Shown here in pieces: positions 58,877-64,000 of a stretch of DNA of 64,000 nucleotides; position 1 is the stretch's first letter, and the number at the start of each line of letters is the position of its first letter. A model generated the notes under the pieces. It was not told where the DNA came from, made no database searches, and was given only the letters and a program-made list of their open reading frames with translations. The stretch comes from Bdellovibrionales bacterium (lineage in GTDB: Bacteria; Bdellovibrionota; Bdellovibrionia; Bdellovibrionales; UBA1609): the NCBI GenBank assembly GCA_965203095.1, contig OZ241877.1:64001-128000 (forward strand). The letters run 5' to 3'. Made by a program: the position numbers and the translations under genes.

Positions 58877-59794
58877 TCATTTAAAAAATTTTTTGTAAAG
58901 CTCTAAAGCGGGCTGGTCCCCATCTAACCATAAAATGCTCTTATCCCTTTTAAACCAAGTTTCTTGTTTTTTAAATAAGGCCATAACACTAAATACGATC
59001 TCTTTTAAGAGATCTTCTTTTTTGATTTTCCCCTCTAAATAAAGTAGGCCCTCTTTATAACCCACACTGTGCAATGGGGGCCAGTTTTGAAAGCCTCGGT
59101 TTCTCAAAGACTCAATTTCCTCTATCAAGCCCCTTTTGAGCATGGTTTTTGCTCTTTTTTCTACCCTCTGGAGGACCTGCTCCTTCCTGCTCCGGAAAGC
59201 CACTTTAAAATAAGGCCAATCTAACTTCTGCCCTTGAAACTCCTTTTTGATTTGAGAAAGAGCCTTCCCCTCGCTTTCTATCAAGCTTAAAGCTCGAAAA
59301 ATTCTGTATTTGTCTTTAGGGCTTATTTTTTTAGCACTCTCTGGATCTTTTTTTATCAATTTTTTATAGAGATAGCCATAGCCTTTTTCACTTTGGATTT
59401 CTTTTAATTTTTGAGTCACGGTTTTTGGAACAGGGCGAAGGGGATACATACCCTTTTCTAAAGCCTGAATGTAAAAGCCACTCCCTCCAACAGCAAACAT
59501 TCTTTTAAAGGGTAATTCTTTTTTTAAAATTTTAAGAGCACGCCTTCTAAACTCTCCAGCAGTCCATATTTGAGGAGCTTTTATCTCATCAAAAAGATAA
59601 AAATTTATTGAAGGGTATTTTTTAAAATCCGGCTTGGCTGAGCCAATGTTTAAGTCCTCATAACCTTGAATGCTATCGCAATTTAAAATGCCAGCCGAAA
59701 CTTGGCCGGCCCACTGGATGGCCTTTTCGGTTTTTCCTGTGGCTGTGGGACCAACAACAAAAATGAGAGGGGCCGATTTAAGTGATTCGGCCAA
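58877..59794 (-). CDS. miaA: tRNA dimethylallyltransferase (probable TTG start at 59794)
   Basis: GPTATGKT, DS.Q.Y..LNIGSAKP, VGGSGFY, VGYKE, KKQ.TWF. Confidence 0.93.
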   Translation of the reverse strand: MAESLKSAPLIFVVGPTATGKTEKAIQWAGQVSAGILNCDSIQGYEDLNIGSAKPDFKKYPSINFYLFDEIKAPQIWTAGEFRRRALKILKKELPFKRMFAVGGSGFYIQALEKGMYPLRPVPKTVTQKLKEIQSEKGYGYLYKKLIKKDPESAKKISPKDKYRIFRALSLIESEGKALSQIKKEFQGQKLDWPYFKVAFRSRKEQVLQRVEKRAKTMLKRGLIEEIESLRNRGFQNWPPLHSVGYKEGLLYLEGKIKKEDLLKEIVFSVMALFKKQETWFKRDKSILWLDGDQPALELYKKFFK

Positions 59795-61550
59795 AATCCC
59801 TCTCCAAACGAGATAAAGAATACTGGACAAAAACAGGACGGCCATGCGGGCAAAAACTGGATAAGGGAAAATCATCCATTTGAGTTAAAAGCTCTTCCAT
59901 CTGATTCAGATTTAAAACCTGTCCGGCCCTTATGGCGGAATGGCAGGCCAAAGTGGCACAAAGATCAGAGACGGATTTCTCAAAAGCAAAGCAGTCCCCT
60001 GTTTGAATCCTCTCCTTAGCTAAAAACAACAGGCCCTCCTGCAAGGCCTTTTCCTTTAAAATGGCCGGAGAGGAACTGACAGATAAGGAGTTGGGGCCTA
60101 AAGACTCCAAATGAACACCTAACTTTTCCAATTCCTTGCTCAAATCCAAAAGAGCAGAGGCTTGCCCCTCTTCCAAATCTAAGGGGAAGGGGATCAGATG
60201 GCTTTGAACTTCCACCCCACCACTTTTCCAATGAGAAAAAAGCCTCTCGTAAAGCGACCTTTCGTGAGCGGCATGCTGATCAATAAAAATCAGAGCATTA
60301 TCCGACTGGCAAATAATATAAGTGAGATGAGCCTGAGATAGGATTTGAAGTGAGGCCCAAGAAGACTCCATTGCCCTGTTTTGGCTTTCTCCAATTCCTG
60401 TTTCAGCTGAAGAGGAGGAAAACTCATTTTTTGCTGAAAGAGGAGATAAAGTGGATAAAATCTCTTTAGAATATTCTCTCCGATTTAAGGGGAATTGAGT
60501 TTTTTCAAAATTAAAACCCTTTAATGGCAAGCTCTTGTCTTTAGAAGGGATAGGCTCTGTGATTTTTTTTACCCAAGGGGCTTGCTCTAACTTCTGCCTT
60601 ATAGACGATTCCACAAGTTTAAAAACAACAGAAGAATCTTTAAAACGGATTTCAGACTTAGCGGGGTGGACATTCACATCCACCTCATCCTTAGGACCTT
60701 GCAAACTGATAATGGCCATTGGGTATTCCCCATGCATTAAAAGCCCCCGGTAGGCCGACATTAAACCCGCTTGCAACACTCGCGACTCCACCCATCGGCC
60801 TTGAACAAAAAACCAAACAGCTCTTTTATTTTTGAGCGTGTTATTGGGAGCACCCACAACAGCTTTTAACTTGTAAGCCCCCCTTTGTCCTTCTATAAAA
60901 TACAGGTCTTTTAGGCTAAGAACCTGGCTCACCCTGTCTTTTAAGTTTTTTTGAGGAGGCCAATAAAAAACCAGCTGGCCTTTTTGCAAAATTCGAAAAC
61001 AAATTTCCGGTCGCGAAAGGGCCATAGCCTTTAACATGTTTTTAATTCTTGAGTGTTCCACTCCCTCACTTTTCAAAAACTTAAACCTGGCGGGCACATT
61101 TTCAAATAAGGAACGAACGATCACAGTAGTTCCATTAGCAGAGCCGGAAGATATATCTTCTGTCTCTTTTCCAAAAACTTGGCGAAGGCGAGAGGAAGGT
61201 TGGCCCGGAGCACCGGAGATTAAAGTCAAATCACTCACAGAGGCTATGCTGGCTAAGGCTTCACCCCGGAAACCGTAAGTCTTTAACCGAGACAGATCTC
61301 CTAAATGAGAAATTTTACTTGTTGTGTGGCGAGCTAAAGCCAAAGGCATATCTTCTTTTAAAATCCCAGAACCATTATCCCTCACTTTAACAAAACGTCC
61401 CCCTTGGCCAAAATCTATTTCAATTTCACTGGCTGAGGCATCTAAAGCATTTTCCACCAACTCTTTGATGAGATGGGCGGGCCTTTCCACCACCTCCCCA
61501 GCGGAGATTTGGTTAATGGTCTCTTCTGATAAAACTTTAATTTGTCCCAT
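59778..61550 (-). CDS. mutL: DNA mismatch repair protein MutL
   Basis: AGEVVERPA, GFRGEALASI, DVNVHPAK, DQHAAHER, ACH.AI, CPHGRP. Confidence 0.97.
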   Translation of the reverse strand: MGQIKVLSEETINQISAGEVVERPAHLIKELVENALDASASEIEIDFGQGGRFVKVRDNGSGILKEDMPLALARHTTSKISHLGDLSRLKTYGFRGEALASIASVSDLTLISGAPGQPSSRLRQVFGKETEDISSGSANGTTVIVRSLFENVPARFKFLKSEGVEHSRIKNMLKAMALSRPEICFRILQKGQLVFYWPPQKNLKDRVSQVLSLKDLYFIEGQRGAYKLKAVVGAPNNTLKNKRAVWFFVQGRWVESRVLQAGLMSAYRGLLMHGEYPMAIISLQGPKDEVDVNVHPAKSEIRFKDSSVVFKLVESSIRQKLEQAPWVKKITEPIPSKDKSLPLKGFNFEKTQFPLNRREYSKEILSTLSPLSAKNEFSSSSAETGIGESQNRAMESSWASLQILSQAHLTYIICQSDNALIFIDQHAAHERSLYERLFSHWKSGGVEVQSHLIPFPLDLEEGQASALLDLSKELEKLGVHLESLGPNSLSVSSSPAILKEKALQEGLLFLAKERIQTGDCFAFEKSVSDLCATLACHSAIRAGQVLNLNQMEELLTQMDDFPLSSFCPHGRPVFVQYSLSRLERDFGRIT

Positions 61551-61557
61551 AATTTTA

Positions 61558-62730
61558 TTAAAAACCCACCTGCAAAGCACAAAGAGGCCCATAAAGAAAA
61601 GATCCCTTCCTCAAGCCATATTGAGCCTTAAAACCCAGCCTAAACAAAAATTTATTATAAATGGGGATAACTAAAGAGAGGGCCATGGGGAAGCCATAGT
61701 CCACCTGATCATTTCCCCTTCCCATATTCAGATCTGTATAAACACCTCCCATTGCTAAAAAATGATAATATGAGGATCGAAGTAATGGATAGGCAAACAA
61801 AACATCAAAATAAAAATGCTGAAGGTTTATTGACCCCGATAAATTCAAATCCATATTTAAATAGGAGATCAATGTGTTATAGCCACTGAGTTTTAAACCC
61901 AAATGAATTTTTCTCTGATCCAAAAAATAAAAAGAAGGAGTAAAAAAACTCACAGAAGGGCCAATGTATCTTCTGGTATGGCTACTTTTCCCCTCTTTTA
62001 AGTCTTGAGGCTTTTTTTCTTTCTGCTGATGACGTTGAAGTTTATCCATTAGCTCTATATCTAAGCCACCTTGGGCCATCTGTTTTTTAGCCAGTTTGTA
62101 AGCTGAATGTGGCTTGTATCTTGGACCTTTTTTAATAAATTCAGGAATCACCTCAGCTGTAGAGATATAACCCACAATCTTTTTCTTACGAAAAATCAAA
62201 ATTTTATAAAAAGAACCAAAGTTATGATCTGGGCGAAAAACTTTTTTAGATATGAGAACATGCCGACCCACAAGTAAGGGAAACAGTTTTTTAGAGTCGA
62301 AATCCGGTGCTTCATAAACAAAACTGTTTAAGGCCGATACATAAGCTTTTTGCAGGTGCGGTTTGTATTTTTTAGGAACAAGATATTTTTTACCAGCAGA
62401 TTTTTTTTGAGAGGAAGGGATAGGGCTAACTTTGGCTTTTTGCACAGAAGCTGTTTTTTTACTGGCCAGCCTTCTATCAGAGATTCTTTTTTTAAGGGAT
62501 TTATGTTTTATTTTTTTTATTTGGGATACAAACACCCTTTTTTTCCTCTTAGGGGATCGAGTGTAGCTTATCAAAAAGCTCTCCTGGCCTCTTCTCAACT
62601 TTAAAGAAAATTTATTTTTTGTTTTAATAATAGAGGATATTTTTTGATAAAGCTTTTTGTGAGAGTGAACGGGCTGGCCATTAACTGACAAAACTGTATC
62701 CCCTTCTTTGAGCTTTATTTTCCCTAACAA
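61558..62730 (-). CDS. Hypothetical exported protein (N-terminal PDZ-like, central SH3-like, C-terminal beta-rich); true start probably further upstream
   Basis: L.EGD.VLSVNGQ PDZ-like motif; VYE.PDFDS; C-terminal aromatic residue. Confidence 0.65.
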   Translation of the reverse strand: MLGKIKLKEGDTVLSVNGQPVHSHKKLYQKISSIIKTKNKFSLKLRRGQESFLISYTRSPKRKKRVFVSQIKKIKHKSLKKRISDRRLASKKTASVQKAKVSPIPSSQKKSAGKKYLVPKKYKPHLQKAYVSALNSFVYEAPDFDSKKLFPLLVGRHVLISKKVFRPDHNFGSFYKILIFRKKKIVGYISTAEVIPEFIKKGPRYKPHSAYKLAKKQMAQGGLDIELMDKLQRHQQKEKKPQDLKEGKSSHTRRYIGPSVSFFTPSFYFLDQRKIHLGLKLSGYNTLISYLNMDLNLSGSINLQHFYFDVLFAYPLLRSSYYHFLAMGGVYTDLNMGRGNDQVDYGFPMALSLVIPIYNKFLFRLGFKAQYGLRKGSFLYGPLCALQVGF

Positions 62731-62870
62731 ACTGCCTGAAGGGATGCGGGAAATTTTTAAACCTCTTGAACTTTTTGAAAGGTTTTTTGAGACAGAAGAT
62801 CTTGTGCGGGGCTGGCTAAAGCTATAAAAACCCCCTACTGACCAGAGGATTAAAAAGAAAATAAAAAAAA

Positions 62871-63431
62871 TTAAAGCCCTGTGCTTCCGAATCCTCCACC
62901 TCCTCTCCCGCTATAGCTTAATTTTTGTCCCTCTATAAATTCTGCCTTAAAAACAGGGCAAAGTGCAAGTTGAGCCACCCGGTCCTGGTCCTTAATTGTA
63001 ATGTTTTTTTTACCTGCATTTAAAACTAAGGTTTTCACCTCCCCACGATAGTCAGAATCAATAGTTCCGGGGCTATTGAGCACAGTGAGACCCTGTTTTA
63101 AAGCCCAGCCACTGCGAGGGCGGGCTTGAAACTCAAATCCTGGAGGAATTTCAAACGACAATCCCGATGGGATTAAAGTTCTTTCCCCGGGCTGTAAAAT
63201 AATGTCCTCTTTCAAACAGGCTCTGAGATCAAAAGCACTGGCCCCTTCACTTTTATATTCGGGAAGTTCCCCTTTAAAATGTTTTAGTTTTTTAACCCTG
63301 ACCAGCAAGCGAGGGATTTTTGCCCTAAAATCTGCTGAAAAATCCTTTTTTTGCCCCTGTCCTCTTTTTTTGGAGAACTTAGGGCTTATCCCTTTTTTAT
63401 TATTGGACTTTTGTTTCCTTGGACGATCCAT
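62871..63431 (-). CDS. dut: dUTP diphosphatase with basic N-terminal extension (probable start 63431)
   Basis: ASAFDL, RPRSG, NSPGTIDSDYRGE, DRVAQL, RGGGGFGSTG; SD GGGAG before ATG 63431. Confidence 0.95.
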   Translation of the reverse strand: MDRPRKQKSNNKKGISPKFSKKRGQGQKKDFSADFRAKIPRLLVRVKKLKHFKGELPEYKSEGASAFDLRACLKEDIILQPGERTLIPSGLSFEIPPGFEFQARPRSGWALKQGLTVLNSPGTIDSDYRGEVKTLVLNAGKKNITIKDQDRVAQLALCPVFKAEFIEGQKLSYSGRGGGGFGSTGL

Positions 63432-63532
63432 AAGCTCCCTCTTTAGTTTATAAAGGAAACAGCAAAATCCGGCTTTTGACAAGTGTTTTTTAAATGCCTT
63501 AAGCTTTAGATATTCCTCCCTGAACCATCTTT

Positions 63533-63925
63533 GGACCTTCATACTGTAGTCTTTGGGCAAAACACAGTTGAAAAGGTTAAAAAATGATTCTGTCAGCGAA
63601 ATACTGAACATTTATAATTCCCGTGAAAACGGGAATCCATTTTGGACTTTAACCATGAAAAAATCCATATTTGATAGATCGCACAAGCAAAAAGTCCAGC
63701 TTGTTCGGGACGGAAATACCTTGGACCCTCACCGCTGGCTTTTGCTTGTGCGATAAAGAACAGATGTTTTTTTATGCAATTCTTTGATTTCTTTGCCTAA
63801 AGGCCGTCCCATTTCGGGATGGGAATACCTTGGCCCCTCATGGGACGGCCTTTAGGCAAAAGTGATTGAAAAACCTGATGTAAAAGCAGAGAATGAGAAG
63901 GTCTTACTGAGGCTTTTTCACGAGT
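63533..63925. mobile_element. Cluster of hairpin-MITE family 1 pieces: degenerate half copy, REP-like palindrome (~63617-63638) and two full hairpins (63678-63754, 63792-63860; cores on - strand)
   Basis: Cores at 63704-63730 and 63813-63839; the right end matches the 29033 copy. Confidence 0.8.
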
Positions 63926-64000
63926 CATTGATTATAGTATTTAAGAAAAATTAAAACTTAAGCCTTGTTTTGTGATTTTCTGTTTAAATATGGATCTTAT

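Noticed and set aside
63432..63611. Long N-terminal extension of dut in the ORF track
   Set aside because: Runs through repeat-derived DNA; an SD-led ATG at 63431 is more plausible
944..63756. Many short ORF-track entries overlapping real genes or repeats (e.g. 944..1258, 2178..2363, 15925..16311, 47488..47838, 57162..57428, 63553..63756)
   Set aside because: Antisense or alternate-frame shadows with no motifs; the last two are translations of the hairpin element
29103..63839. 27-nt repeated core as a CRISPR repeat
   Set aside because: Copies are dispersed, in both orientations and embedded in stems; there is no regular repeat-spacer array and no cas gene

Overview
64 kb of AT-rich bacterial chromosome. 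The gene set suggests a Bdellovibrionota-like organism, and the ankyrin, pentapeptide and Rpn genes hint at a host-associated lifestyle; both are inferences. Housekeeping genes: pheS 5' end, uvrA, folE2, rpoZ, lipB, dnaE, rpsD, lepA, bioF, tmk, folA, sufE, tsaE, aspS, ogt, yajC-secD-secF, gmk, yicC, miaA, mutL and dut, plus tRNA-Arg(UCG), tRNA-Leu(CAA) and tRNA-Leu(GAG). There are three accessory zones. (1) 0.3-2.4 kb: an IS1595-like fragment, a nonsense-interrupted pentapeptide gene and an Rpn gene with an internal SD+ATG. (2) 9-19.9 kb: a defence island with type I hsdR, an hsdM-hsdS fusion carrying an in-frame palindromic insert, a RloC-like ATPase, a DarT-macrodomain fusion, and an MTase with an IceA/NlaIII-like nuclease. 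(3) 43.6-50.3 kb: an array of modular small-gene cassettes with shared, often leaderless promoters, next to a peptidase-S74 fibre gene with a frameshifted pilin-like leader and a G18 tract. The most striking unexplained signal is a dispersed family of long hairpins. They share a near-invariant 27-nt core (GAGGGTCCAAGGTATTGCCGTCCCGAA) on covarying and even unrelated stems, inside MITE-like inverted repeats. A second ~74-bp TATA-ended MITE family is also present.
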